A stretch of DNA of 64,000 nucleotides. Origin: a virus. Positions within the stretch are counted from its first letter, which is position 1, and each line of letters opens with the position of its first letter. Where the stretch lies: the UHGV virus genome UHGV-0214148; one strand, given 5' to 3'. The position numbers were made by a program, and so were the translations under genes. Shown here in pieces: positions 47,028 to 55,222 of the stretch. The notes beneath the pieces are model-generated. The model worked only from the letters and a program-made list of their open reading frames with translations, was not told where the DNA came from and did not search any database.

Positions 47028-47579
47028 TTAAATGTCGACTTCTAGTTTACGGTAATCGATGACGCCTTGAGCAATCATAGCAGCAACATCGTTCCAGGTA
47101 CGAAAAATGAAGTAAACTGTGTCTCCGTTTAAAAAGATGTTAGATTCTTTATCCGGGAAATCATCTTCACTGAGGTAGTAGTAGGGTTTGTCGAATGGGA
47201 AGTCGCGCTCATCAGAGGAACCAAGTACCGCATAACGATTGCCACAATCAAACAGAATCTTCCAACCAGACATTTCACTATTAGCGTCAATACGATCGTC
47301 GATTTCAACGGTAATAGGAGAACGATCAAGAAAGCTGATTGTAACCTCCCCGTTATGCTGTCGTTTAAATCGACGAATATCTGTAGGCACAATTTCAGAT
47401 GCTGCTATAAGGGAATAAAGTTGTGTTACGGTGATCTTTTTGTAAACACTATCGCCATCCCACAAACGATCAAATAAGAAATTAGCCAGGAAATTTATAT
47501 CCTTTAAACGTGTGCGGAAAACAGAACCACGGCGAATACCGTAAGCCAGATGAGTTAAATATTCAGACGATGGAAACAT
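47028..47579 (-). CDS. hypothetical protein, paralog of 47641..48573
   Basis: 183-aa ORF; N-terminus MFPSSEYLTHLAYGIRR parallels MTFPSEVIYELANTLRRR; conserved SD context. Confidence 0.55.
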   Translation of the reverse strand: MFPSSEYLTHLAYGIRRGSVFRTRLKDINFLANFLFDRLWDGDSVYKKITVTQLYSLIAASEIVPTDIRRFKRQHNGEVTISFLDRSPITVEIDDRIDANSEMSGWKILFDCGNRYAVLGSSDERDFPFDKPYYYLSEDDFPDKESNIFLNGDTVYFIFRTWNDVAAMIAQGVIDYRKLEVDI

Positions 47580-47610
47580 TTTAATACTCCTAAGGTGGAA
47601 AAAGAATTAA

Positions 47611-47632
47611 CCCTACTCCCGGAGGAGTAGGG
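47611..47632 (-). terminator. stem-loop terminator, CCCTACTCC/GGAGTAGGG stem family
   Basis: Same 9-bp stem as 27649 and 46993; between the paralogs 47641..48573 and 47028..47579. Confidence 0.55.
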
Positions 47633-47640
47633 GATTTAAA

Positions 47641-48573
47641 TTACTTTTTGGTTTGACCAAGGTTTTCAAGAACCAGTTCACGAATGTACTTCTGAGTACG
47701 TTTTTTCGGCGGTAGAGCCATAAGAGTGTCAACGATTCCCTGGCCGCCGATAACCTTGCTGACGAGTTGTTGAACTTGGAAGAGTTCTGCTTCTTCGTCA
47801 CTGATCTCATTAGCTTGGTCTTTCTGACACAACGCTTCTACCAGGTCAGCTACGGATATTTCATTTTCGTCACCGGGGAAATCCAGGTTTAACGATTCGA
47901 AAACATCACGCTTAACGAGTACAGATTTCAGATCATCGTAGTTTTCACAAACGGCGACTTCTGTGCCAGGTACCGTTTCTTCTTCGTCTTGATCTTCATT
48001 CTCAGAGGCGAAGTAACTTACTTCTGTTGCGTGGAACGTTGCGTCAGCTTTTCTCAGTACGTAGCTCACATGCGACCAATTGCTCAGGATGAAGTAGACA
48101 ACACCCCCAATTAATCCGATGTTGCCCTGGCGAAGTTCGAGAGCAATTTCCAGGCGGCGTGAAATCTCACCCAAACCAAAGAAAGTCTCGTCGCAGGCCG
48201 CAACAACTTCGTACTGATTCACTCCTTGTTCTACAACAACGTACCAGTTATCCGGGAGAGGATACGGGTTGTGCATGAAAGAAAGTTCGTTCCCTGCGCC
48301 TGGGTCAACAGTAACGGATGTATGGCGCATTCCCATGGAGAAGTTGAACGTATCCCCGTTTTGAACCGCAATTGCACCGTCAATCGGAAGAATTTTGGTG
48401 GCACGATCAATAGAGAAAATCGCTTCCTGTGTAATTGAAGACTGATTACTGCCTAGGAAGTGATTACGCAGAAAAGCAGCGGTTTCACCTACAGTGGTTT
48501 GTAGCATATGGTAGTTATAACGACGACGCAGCGTGTTAGCCAGTTCGTAAATTACTTCAGATGGAAAAGTCAT
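47641..48573 (-). CDS. hypothetical protein, paralog of 47028..47579
   Basis: 310-aa ORF; acidic insertion (ENEDQDEEE); followed by a hairpin with the same stem as the one after its paralog. Confidence 0.55.
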   Translation of the reverse strand: MTFPSEVIYELANTLRRRYNYHMLQTTVGETAAFLRNHFLGSNQSSITQEAIFSIDRATKILPIDGAIAVQNGDTFNFSMGMRHTSVTVDPGAGNELSFMHNPYPLPDNWYVVVEQGVNQYEVVAACDETFFGLGEISRRLEIALELRQGNIGLIGGVVYFILSNWSHVSYVLRKADATFHATEVSYFASENEDQDEEETVPGTEVAVCENYDDLKSVLVKRDVFESLNLDFPGDENEISVADLVEALCQKDQANEISDEEAELFQVQQLVSKVIGGQGIVDTLMALPPKKRTQKYIRELVLENLGQTKK

Positions 48574-48626
48574 TTTAATAGTCCTCTTTTAGGTTTGTTC
48601 AAATCAACTAAGGGTTATGTAAAAAG

Positions 48627-49106
48627 TTAAAATAAAGGCAAGTTACGCCATTGTCCTACCGAGTAAAAAGCTTTTGGATGTTTACGGATATACGCTTTCG
48701 CTTCTTCTGGCAACCAACGATCGCCTGCCAGTTTTTGTTGTGCAACAATTACCGCCATCAACAAATAAGGGTTTTTCGCACCGGGGAACTTTGCATTGGT
48801 TTCTAGTGCAATATCCAACATTGACGACCAGCCCAGTAATTTATGTTGCGCCGGTAAACGTTCTTCAATATACATCAGCCATTTCATGATTTGTTTAGGC
48901 TTGTACGGACAGGTATAATTCGCCCAACACACCATGACGAACTTAATAACCTTCGCAATCACCCATACAGGGACAGTCACGAAAAGGCAGAAAATGGCCA
49001 ACTGTGAGGCGGGCGCTTCGACAAAAGTAACCGCTACAAGAACCATACACAGTTCAAGTACCACAAACCAAAAACGCGTTGGATAACGCCAAATGAATTT
49101 TATCAT
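48627..49106 (-). CDS. integral membrane protein
   Basis: 159-aa ORF; several hydrophobic segments (FWFVVLELCMVLVAVTFV, LAIFCLFVTVPVWVIAKVIKFVMV). Confidence 0.55.
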   Translation of the reverse strand: MIKFIWRYPTRFWFVVLELCMVLVAVTFVEAPASQLAIFCLFVTVPVWVIAKVIKFVMVCWANYTCPYKPKQIMKWLMYIEERLPAQHKLLGWSSMLDIALETNAKFPGAKNPYLLMAVIVAQQKLAGDRWLPEEAKAYIRKHPKAFYSVGQWRNLPLF

Positions 49107-49139
49107 AACTCTGTTCCTTTAGGGAATGAAAATAAAAGT

Positions 49140-49167
49140 ACCCCTTACTCCGTATAGGGTAAGGGGT
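49140..49167 (-). terminator. stem-loop terminator (ACCCCTTAC / GTAAGGGGT)
   Basis: 9-bp stem with A-rich plus-side flank; downstream of gene 49173..49682. Confidence 0.45.
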
Positions 49168-49172
49168 AGAAG

Positions 49173-49682
49173 TTAGAAGAACGGCTGATTTGGAATGACA
49201 GCGTACTCTAAAATGAACATATGTTCCGGGGCGTCTTCTTTACGCCAGACTTTGTGTGTCGACACAAGTTTTTCCAGAATCGTTAAGAAACTACGTTGGC
49301 AGTATGTGTTTTCACCAAGCAGTAGATTTTGAAGTTCTACAGTAGCGTCCATATACGCCTGTTTAAAGACTAAACTACGGTTATACTGCCCGGTAAAATT
49401 CCAAAGCAAGACCTTCCCTTCTTCGGTTTCTTTTACCGTTGGCCGTAAACCACAAATCCACAGTAAGGCAAGGTTGACGTTCCAGTCAAACTCTAAACCT
49501 TCTTCTTCGTCAACACCGAATGCTGTGGGTAAAGCATCGTAAAATTCGTGTTTCTCTGCGAATTCTTCATCCGACTTAATCTCGTCTTCGATACTGCTTC
49601 GGACGATACTGTAAACGTCTTTCGCGGTCAATTGTGCGGCTTTTGTAATGCCTTTATACCAATCGGTTACTACGATGCTCAA
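49173..49682 (-). CDS. hypothetical protein
   Basis: 169-aa ORF; 4-bp overlap with upstream gene. Confidence 0.55.
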   Translation of the reverse strand: MSIVVTDWYKGITKAAQLTAKDVYSIVRSSIEDEIKSDEEFAEKHEFYDALPTAFGVDEEEGLEFDWNVNLALLWICGLRPTVKETEEGKVLLWNFTGQYNRSLVFKQAYMDATVELQNLLLGENTYCQRSFLTILEKLVSTHKVWRKEDAPEHMFILEYAVIPNQPFF

Positions 49683-50404
49683 AGGGTAACTCCTCTATTG
49701 ATTGGAAAACTCGTGTTTATCGTATCCCAAATTCTACTAACTTCCGCCAGTTGAATCTGACGTGGTGTTTTCTTCGCAAACGCAAGCTGACGTGGGGCCG
49801 AGCCCACAACAACAGGCACATCGATTTTCGCGCTATAGAACGCGGCGTCTTTCATAAAGCCTGCCATTTCTCGTTGTGCTGCTCGAGATTTGCTTTTGAT
49901 TCGCGTGTGAGCGCCACTTTCACCCCAGTGGTAAGCTAACGCAACTTCAGCCATGGTGGGCTTGCGTTTGAGTCGTTTGGTTAACCCCTTCTCAAGATGT
50001 TTAACATACGCAGTAGCCAGCAAAACAGCGTTACGCGGATTATACAAATCGGCATTCTGACTAAGACCTAATTCTTTTCCATAAAGCTTTAGCAGATTAC
50101 GCTTGGTACTTGGAAGCATCTGTACCAGGCTGTGTGCTCGTGAGCTTTTGTTGTAAGCCTTGGGATCAAAACGCGATTCACGATAAATCAGTGTAATCAT
50201 CAGCTTGGGATCAACGCCCTGCTTTCGTGAGATTTCCACAATTAACGGGCTGACTTTTTCGAACCGATGTTGGATTTGTGCAAACTCTCGCTGATGCTTA
50301 GAATGTGGCGTTGACGTTGACGCCTGTGCGTTAAACGCGAAAAGTGTTACCAGTAAAAGAAAGAAGATACGAAACATTTTGTTTCTCCAGTTGGATTTAT
50401 ACAT
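49679..50404 (-). CDS. secreted lytic transglycosylase (SLT domain)
   Basis: 241-aa ORF; signal peptide MFRIFFLLLVTLFAFNAQAS; LIYRESRFDPKAYN...SLVQMLPST matches family-1 lytic transglycosylase motifs. Start may be the internal Met (MFRIF). Confidence 0.7.
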   Translation of the reverse strand: MYKSNWRNKMFRIFFLLLVTLFAFNAQASTSTPHSKHQREFAQIQHRFEKVSPLIVEISRKQGVDPKLMITLIYRESRFDPKAYNKSSRAHSLVQMLPSTKRNLLKLYGKELGLSQNADLYNPRNAVLLATAYVKHLEKGLTKRLKRKPTMAEVALAYHWGESGAHTRIKSKSRAAQREMAGFMKDAAFYSAKIDVPVVVGSAPRQLAFAKKTPRQIQLAEVSRIWDTINTSFPINRGVTL

Positions 50405-50462
50405 TTCCGTATTCCGTAAGACGAAATGACGGCGCGGACAGCTAATACTCCTTTGTTGTGTG

Positions 50463-50488
50463 CCCTAATGATAATATCTATTTAAAAG
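50463..50488. promoter_or_regulatory. AT-rich promoter-like motif CCCTAATGATAATATCTATTTAAAAG
   Basis: Same core; upstream of the secreted transglycosylase gene, overlapping the stop of the macro-domain gene. Confidence 0.35.
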
Positions 50489-51038
50489 AGTTTGGAATTA
50501 ATGACTCTGCTTCTTGGTACAGCTTATCAGGTAAGTATAACGTGTAGCGCTGCCTCCTCGGTTCAAGTTTTTTGTAAAGCCACAAAAAGATTTCTTGTCT
50601 TTCCCAGGAATCTAACCACCCATTTGCCATTCCCAACGGAGGGATAGCAACGCTGGTATCCAGATCCTCAACACAGTCTGCTAATGCGGTAATGCCCGCA
50701 GTAACATAAGAAACCTGGGATTTTAAACGCCAATGTGTTTTCGTGGGGAGCAAGATACACTTTTCGTCAGAGTAAACGTAAACGCTTCCAATCTTAATTT
50801 CGTCTTCACGACACCGCTTACGATAATCCTGATAAAGGTTGGGGTAGCGTTCACGACACGCGAGTGCAATACCGCGACCCATTGCTCCTACGCAGTTAAT
50901 GGTAACGACTTTATAGTCTTCGGGCGCATTAAAAAGATCGTTACCAATTTCAGATTCTTTACGTACCGTTAACATAACGAAACGCCCGGAGTTGATGTGT
51001 AGTATTAAAACGTGTACCGCCGATTGATAGCTCGACAA
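50478..51038 (-). CDS. macro-domain (ADP-ribose hydrolase-like) protein
   Basis: 186-aa ORF; VVTINCVGAMGRGIALACRERYP ... LLPTKTHW ... VAIPPLGMANGWLDSW follows the pattern remembered for TARG1/DarG-type macro domains. Confidence 0.55.
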   Translation of the reverse strand: MSSYQSAVHVLILHINSGRFVMLTVRKESEIGNDLFNAPEDYKVVTINCVGAMGRGIALACRERYPNLYQDYRKRCREDEIKIGSVYVYSDEKCILLPTKTHWRLKSQVSYVTAGITALADCVEDLDTSVAIPPLGMANGWLDSWERQEIFLWLYKKLEPRRQRYTLYLPDKLYQEAESLIPNSFK

Positions 51039-51062
51039 GTATAGCGATATATGTTTTACCCA

Positions 51063-51431
51063 TTATCGATTTTTCGTAATCCATTGCTTGACCGCCGCTT
51101 CTAAACCTTCGTGTTGTAAGCCCAGGCGCTGCATAGTCAGTGACAAGTTAAGCGTGTGGACGACCTGCTCACGGAACTGATGATCGTTCATACGGTCCCA
51201 GACATTCTCTACTGAAATATTGTGTTTCCAGAGCAAATAAGCTTCACGACACGATGCGCGACGAACTAAACTGGGTTTAACAAAAGGCAACTCGATTTCA
51301 GGCAAGTAACCTAAAAGCTTAACTAACGGCGTTACCTGCGTCTTACCGAAGTCACCACATTGATAACAAATTTGCAGAATATCAATTTCATTCAACGGTA
51401 TGCCGTAAATTGATGGGTTCTCTGTGAACAT
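51063..51431 (-). CDS. hypothetical protein
   Basis: 122-aa ORF; GAGGAGAA SD. Confidence 0.5.
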   Translation of the reverse strand: MFTENPSIYGIPLNEIDILQICYQCGDFGKTQVTPLVKLLGYLPEIELPFVKPSLVRRASCREAYLLWKHNISVENVWDRMNDHQFREQVVHTLNLSLTMQRLGLQHEGLEAAVKQWITKNR

Positions 51432-51633
51432 TCATATTCTCCTCAGGCTCGAAATGTGATTCGGGTGGCAACGTCCCTAAAGCCCCTTGGATACAAGCCG
51501 TCAGTGAAGGTTTGCCGAAACAGACCTTACCTATCGTCCCCACATTGGGATGCTGTAAGAACGCTTTCGCACGTTCGTATTCTTTCCAACAAATACTCGT
51601 ATCCAAACCACCCACTCCGTACGATTTTAACAT
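51388..51633 (-). CDS. hypothetical protein
   Basis: 81-aa ORF with AGGAGAG SD; 3' end overlaps downstream gene by 44 bp. Confidence 0.4.
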   Translation of the reverse strand: MLKSYGVGGLDTSICWKEYERAKAFLQHPNVGTIGKVCFGKPSLTACIQGALGTLPPESHFEPEENMNVHREPINLRHTVE

Positions 51634-51699
51634 AATTAGCTCTCCTGACGTAAATTTCTCACACTCATAGTGAGGTACGCCAAGAGAGCTTTATTGTTT

Positions 51700-52143
51700 T
51701 TAGAATGTTTTGCTAAAATCGACCCACTCACGATCGTGTGAGTAAACCGCTTGATAGCCGCGTCGGATGAAATACTCTTTTGCTTCTTTACATTTCGCAT
51801 ACATGCCAGTAACAATCTCGCCGAAAACTTCATCAGCTGCAATTGCTTTGAAAATCTCTTTCATTACACCCCGTTGACGATAGTCTGGGAGCACGTATAC
51901 CGAACGTATCTTAAGTGAACCGTTACGATTCCGATAACTACAGTATCCTACCGCGACATCATCCTGATACACCAGAACTATGCAGTTACCTTCGATCAGC
52001 TGTCGCGCATTTAACTTCGGCACCGACGTTTTGATTTTCAGTAACGTGGCCTGGTGGTCTAAGTAACGGTAGTGTAGTTTGAGTAAATCGGCAGCTTGAC
52101 GCTCACCGACTTTAGAAGATGCGTTCAACAAATAAATTTCCAT
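51700..52143 (-). CDS. GNAT-family N-acetyltransferase
   Basis: YVLPDYRQRGVMKEIFKAI matches the acetyl-CoA-binding motif. Start set to ATG at 52143 (track ORF begins at a TTG two codons upstream). Confidence 0.6.
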   Translation of the reverse strand: MEIYLLNASSKVGERQAADLLKLHYRYLDHQATLLKIKTSVPKLNARQLIEGNCIVLVYQDDVAVGYCSYRNRNGSLKIRSVYVLPDYRQRGVMKEIFKAIAADEVFGEIVTGMYAKCKEAKEYFIRRGYQAVYSHDREWVDFSKTF

Positions 52144-52174
52144 TTGCAAACCTTAGAGACGCAAAAAAGTAAAA

Positions 52175-52303
52175 TTAAAACCAACGCACGATGACGAATG
52201 CCGCAGCGGCTAATATGGCCGTGGTGATTATCAATCCACCCCATGAAAGTTCCGCGTCGTATAGTGCGGATATCGCTACATTCGTAGTGTTTATCGAGGT
52301 CAT
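52175..52303 (-). CDS. small hydrophobic protein (42 aa)
   Basis: Hand-translated: MTSINTTNVAISALYDAELSWGGLIITTAILAAAAFVIVRWF; AGGAGCAGAAA SD; below ORF-track size cutoff. Confidence 0.35.
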   Translation of the reverse strand: MTSINTTNVAISALYDAELSWGGLIITTAILAAAAFVIVRWF

Positions 52304-52317
52304 TTTCTGCTCCTAGT

Positions 52318-52341
52318 AATACCCTCACGTCGGAGGGTATT
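52318..52341. terminator. stem-loop (AATACCCTC / GAGGGTATT) between small membrane protein genes
   Basis: 9-bp stem followed on plus by TTTT; a second hairpin (GGGCGTTT/AAACGCCC) lies about 15 bp further on. Confidence 0.35.
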
Positions 52342-52360
52342 TTCCGGATTATTTGGGCGT

Positions 52361-52459
52361 TTAATCTTCAAACGCCCATCTGTGTTGTTTAACCAGCAAG
52401 TTTAAACCTTTACCGATTAACCACATCGCACCAAGTGTTAACAGAACCCCTTCAACCAT
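52361..52459 (-). CDS. small hydrophobic protein (32 aa)
   Basis: Hand-translated: MVEGVLLTLGAMWLIGKGLNLLVKQHRWAFED; AGGAGAAGGGAAT SD. Confidence 0.35.
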   Translation of the reverse strand: MVEGVLLTLGAMWLIGKGLNLLVKQHRWAFED

Positions 52460-52470
52460 ATTCCCTTCTC

Positions 52471-52656
52471 CTAATTCCGCCATTCGCATTCGCGTTGACG
52501 CCAAATTGAACCCCACGATAGTTTAATCAGATAAGATGAAACTACCCATAAAATCATCACCACACAAAACATGACATAAAGAACCGCTAGAATGGACATG
52601 AAGCCAAACCCTGCCGCATCCACAATACGACGGAACCAATCAGTTTGCATAAACAA
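52471..52656 (-). CDS. small membrane protein (61 aa)
   Basis: Track ORF; long hydrophobic core FGFMSILAVLYVMFCVVMILWVVSSYLI; GAAGGAG SD. Confidence 0.45.
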   Translation of the reverse strand: MFMQTDWFRRIVDAAGFGFMSILAVLYVMFCVVMILWVVSSYLIKLSWGSIWRQRECEWRN

Positions 52657-55144
52657 TTTTTACTCCTTCGTTATACACCGCAGGCAATGTCACCCCTTCC
52701 GGTTCGATGACACAGTACGATGCTTCATTAAGTTTAGAATGAACCTCGGCTTCGTGGGAGACTACCAACAGTTGGGAAAATTCTCCCGAGTTTGCTAACG
52801 TTTTAATAAAGCCGACCAGGTTGTTACGGTGCTCCTCATCCATGCCTTCCGAAGGCTCATCCAAAAGCAACGGAAACTGATGCAACTTCAGCGCTTTGTA
52901 CGCAGTCAGCCTGAACATCAGATTAAATATCGCACGCTGCGCCTTAGATCCTTTACGCACGTCAGGAACAGGCTCAGGATGCGTTTTTAGCTGGACAGGA
53001 AAAGTATAATCCAAATCGCCGTCAGTGAGGTCACAAGGCATAACGCGCATGGGGTACGTCCAGACTTGTTCGATATAACGCGTCATTAACTCTGTGATTC
53101 TAACGATAGCGTTGTAAAAATACTTTCTAAGTACACCCTTTTCTGGCGAGAAGGCTTGAATCATCAGTTTGTTATTGAACTGCTGGGCTTGTAAGTCAGC
53201 AAGTTCGCGTTCCAAACTGTTGAGCTGATTCAATTCATTTTCCATCTGACGATAACGTTCGCGTGCGGTTGTAAAAGCATCCAGCTTCCCTTCTCGAGCA
53301 CGTAAGAGTTCCTCGACGACTGTATTTGTCAACGTAACCTTAACATCACTCTCTAGCCGTTCGAATAACGCACTGAAATCATCTACAGCACGTTTAACAT
53401 TCACCAGATAGGTAAGTGTCGTGTTAGCCAGTTCGTGCTCTCTACGACGCATTGAGAGCATTTCTGTGGCTTTACCTAATCGCGACTGTTGGAAGGCGAT
53501 TTTCTGTTGTAAAGCGCCATCGACGTTACCAACGGCCGCTACGGCATCCTGCCATTCTTTTTCCGCCTTCACTAACCGTTGTCGGGTTTCATGATACTCA
53601 ATAGCAGAGTACAACTCGCTGTCAAACGCTGCGCATAGACTCCCGAACTGTTCACGTGATTCAGTGAAGACGTTACGTTCTTGCAAACGCTTAAAGAACA
53701 TGCTCAATACCGGGTCCTTTGAATACGTCAGTACAATCTCACGAACCTGCCGCATATAAGTTACATCAGATTCTAATTCAACACGATAGCGTAATAGGGC
53801 CTCTAACTGTGTTTGCAGTTCCGTGCGCTGCTGTTGTTGTCCGCGAATCGAAGACTCAAGTTCAGGTAAAGAACGCGTAACACCGGGCCGAAACTTAAAC
53901 CGACACTGCGGGCAATCCACTTCCGCTGTTTCTAAGTAGTGATTACGCTCGTGATTTAAATTCTGTAAAACGTTCTCCACTCGCTGGAGTCTATCCCGCA
54001 ACCCTGCGGTTTTTTGATCCATCACCAGAAGCCGTTCTTCCAAAACATTGAGTTTTTCGGTTGAATGAATTGCGTCCAGCGTTGTTCCTAACCGTTGCCC
54101 CCAGACACGCGCGTCGGTAGCCGCACGAAGTTGGTCTAAATTGACGTTGTCGTTAAATAGACCCGGAAAGAGATGCTCGGTGTCCCATTTGGTAAGTAAC
54201 TCACGTAAACGCGCCAATGTATTCTTGAGACCTTCGTGATTCCGCATCAGGTAGTCTTGTCGTGTTGACTCATCCATCAATAACGACAAGTCTTTATTCA
54301 ACATCGATACCTCTGTTTCAGTAGACACGACAGCTTCGCGGGCCGTCGCTTCGTTTTGTCGCGCGACCAGTATCTGTTCATCGGTAGGCAGGCCACCACG
54401 ATGTTGTAATATTGCGTCGATGGTTGGGCCCAAGCTGTTTAATAACGCTTGGATTGTTTCGATGGTGACGGCACGATTTAATCCTGGCAACTGTTCGATT
54501 TCTCGGTTCAATTCACGTAAATCCGATTCCAAACCTTTTAATCTCGTCGCTAACTGCTGCCGTTCTTCCTCGTTCTCAATAACACGCGTCCGTAATTCGG
54601 CGATCTTGCGGCTGGTGATTTCAATACCCCCATTTAAGGCAGTAAGGTTTTTACGTAAACGTTGATAAAACCCTAACGCGTAAGTGAGGTCAGAGGTACT
54701 TAAACGGTAAAACCATTTGCGGCGTAATTCGGTTCCCGCATCGGTTAACAACACCTCACCATTTAATAGTTCTTTAATCTCTTTCGTAATACCCGTGATT
54801 TCTTCAACACGGGAGTTGTAGACTTTCGCATTACCTTGCTCGACGATCTTTGTCCCCGTGGTCAGGTTCTCAATATCGCAAACCAAAGAGTTGCCTTTAC
54901 GGGCAACTTTGAATCGATAGCGTTGATCGCCAACTAAACAGTAGTTCGTGTAAGAACCGCCGTCCCTGAATTCAGTTTTAGCTGGTGCTAAGGGTAAGAA
55001 CACAGACAGTAGACTGGTTTTCCCGCAGCCGTTCCCACCCAGGATAATTGTTGTCGGAGACTGGATAGTGAAATCGAAGGTTTCAATTTCATGTAACCCC
55101 ATCCCCGTAAAACCTTTGAGTATAATGCGTTCAACTTTTAGCAT
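52640..55144 (-). CDS. Rad50/SbcC-like SMC-family ATPase
   Basis: Walker A GGNGCGKTS at N-terminus; long coiled-coil centre with CPQC zinc-hook-like motif; C-terminal LLLDEPSEGMDEEH (Walker B) and VVSHEAE. Start set to ATG at 55144 (GGAGGTG SD). Confidence 0.75.
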   Translation of the reverse strand: MLKVERIILKGFTGMGLHEIETFDFTIQSPTTIILGGNGCGKTSLLSVFLPLAPAKTEFRDGGSYTNYCLVGDQRYRFKVARKGNSLVCDIENLTTGTKIVEQGNAKVYNSRVEEITGITKEIKELLNGEVLLTDAGTELRRKWFYRLSTSDLTYALGFYQRLRKNLTALNGGIEITSRKIAELRTRVIENEEERQQLATRLKGLESDLRELNREIEQLPGLNRAVTIETIQALLNSLGPTIDAILQHRGGLPTDEQILVARQNEATAREAVVSTETEVSMLNKDLSLLMDESTRQDYLMRNHEGLKNTLARLRELLTKWDTEHLFPGLFNDNVNLDQLRAATDARVWGQRLGTTLDAIHSTEKLNVLEERLLVMDQKTAGLRDRLQRVENVLQNLNHERNHYLETAEVDCPQCRFKFRPGVTRSLPELESSIRGQQQQRTELQTQLEALLRYRVELESDVTYMRQVREIVLTYSKDPVLSMFFKRLQERNVFTESREQFGSLCAAFDSELYSAIEYHETRQRLVKAEKEWQDAVAAVGNVDGALQQKIAFQQSRLGKATEMLSMRRREHELANTTLTYLVNVKRAVDDFSALFERLESDVKVTLTNTVVEELLRAREGKLDAFTTARERYRQMENELNQLNSLERELADLQAQQFNNKLMIQAFSPEKGVLRKYFYNAIVRITELMTRYIEQVWTYPMRVMPCDLTDGDLDYTFPVQLKTHPEPVPDVRKGSKAQRAIFNLMFRLTAYKALKLHQFPLLLDEPSEGMDEEHRNNLVGFIKTLANSGEFSQLLVVSHEAEVHSKLNEASYCVIEPEGVTLPAVYNEGVKIVYAN

Positions 55145-55194
55145 ACCCACCTCCATAAAGACGGAGTGTGGTGTAAAAAGAAAAAAATAAAGAA

Positions 55195-55218
55195 AGGGAG
55201 AACCCGAAGGTTCTCCCT
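55195..55218 (-). terminator. stem-loop terminator (AGGGAGAACC / GGTTCTCCCT)
   Basis: 10-bp stem, CGAA loop, long A-run on plus side; between gene 55223..55831 and the ATPase gene. Confidence 0.6.
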
Positions 55219-55222
55219 AACG

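Noticed and set aside
51636-51842. 68-aa minus-strand ORF
   Set aside because: Overlaps the 3' end of the GNAT gene in another frame; GNAT motifs make the longer frame the real one.
52125-52328. 67-aa minus-strand ORF with GTG start
   Set aside because: Start codon sits inside a hairpin stem with no SD, and it overlaps the GNAT gene start; the alternative-frame 42-aa ORF with a strong SD was preferred.
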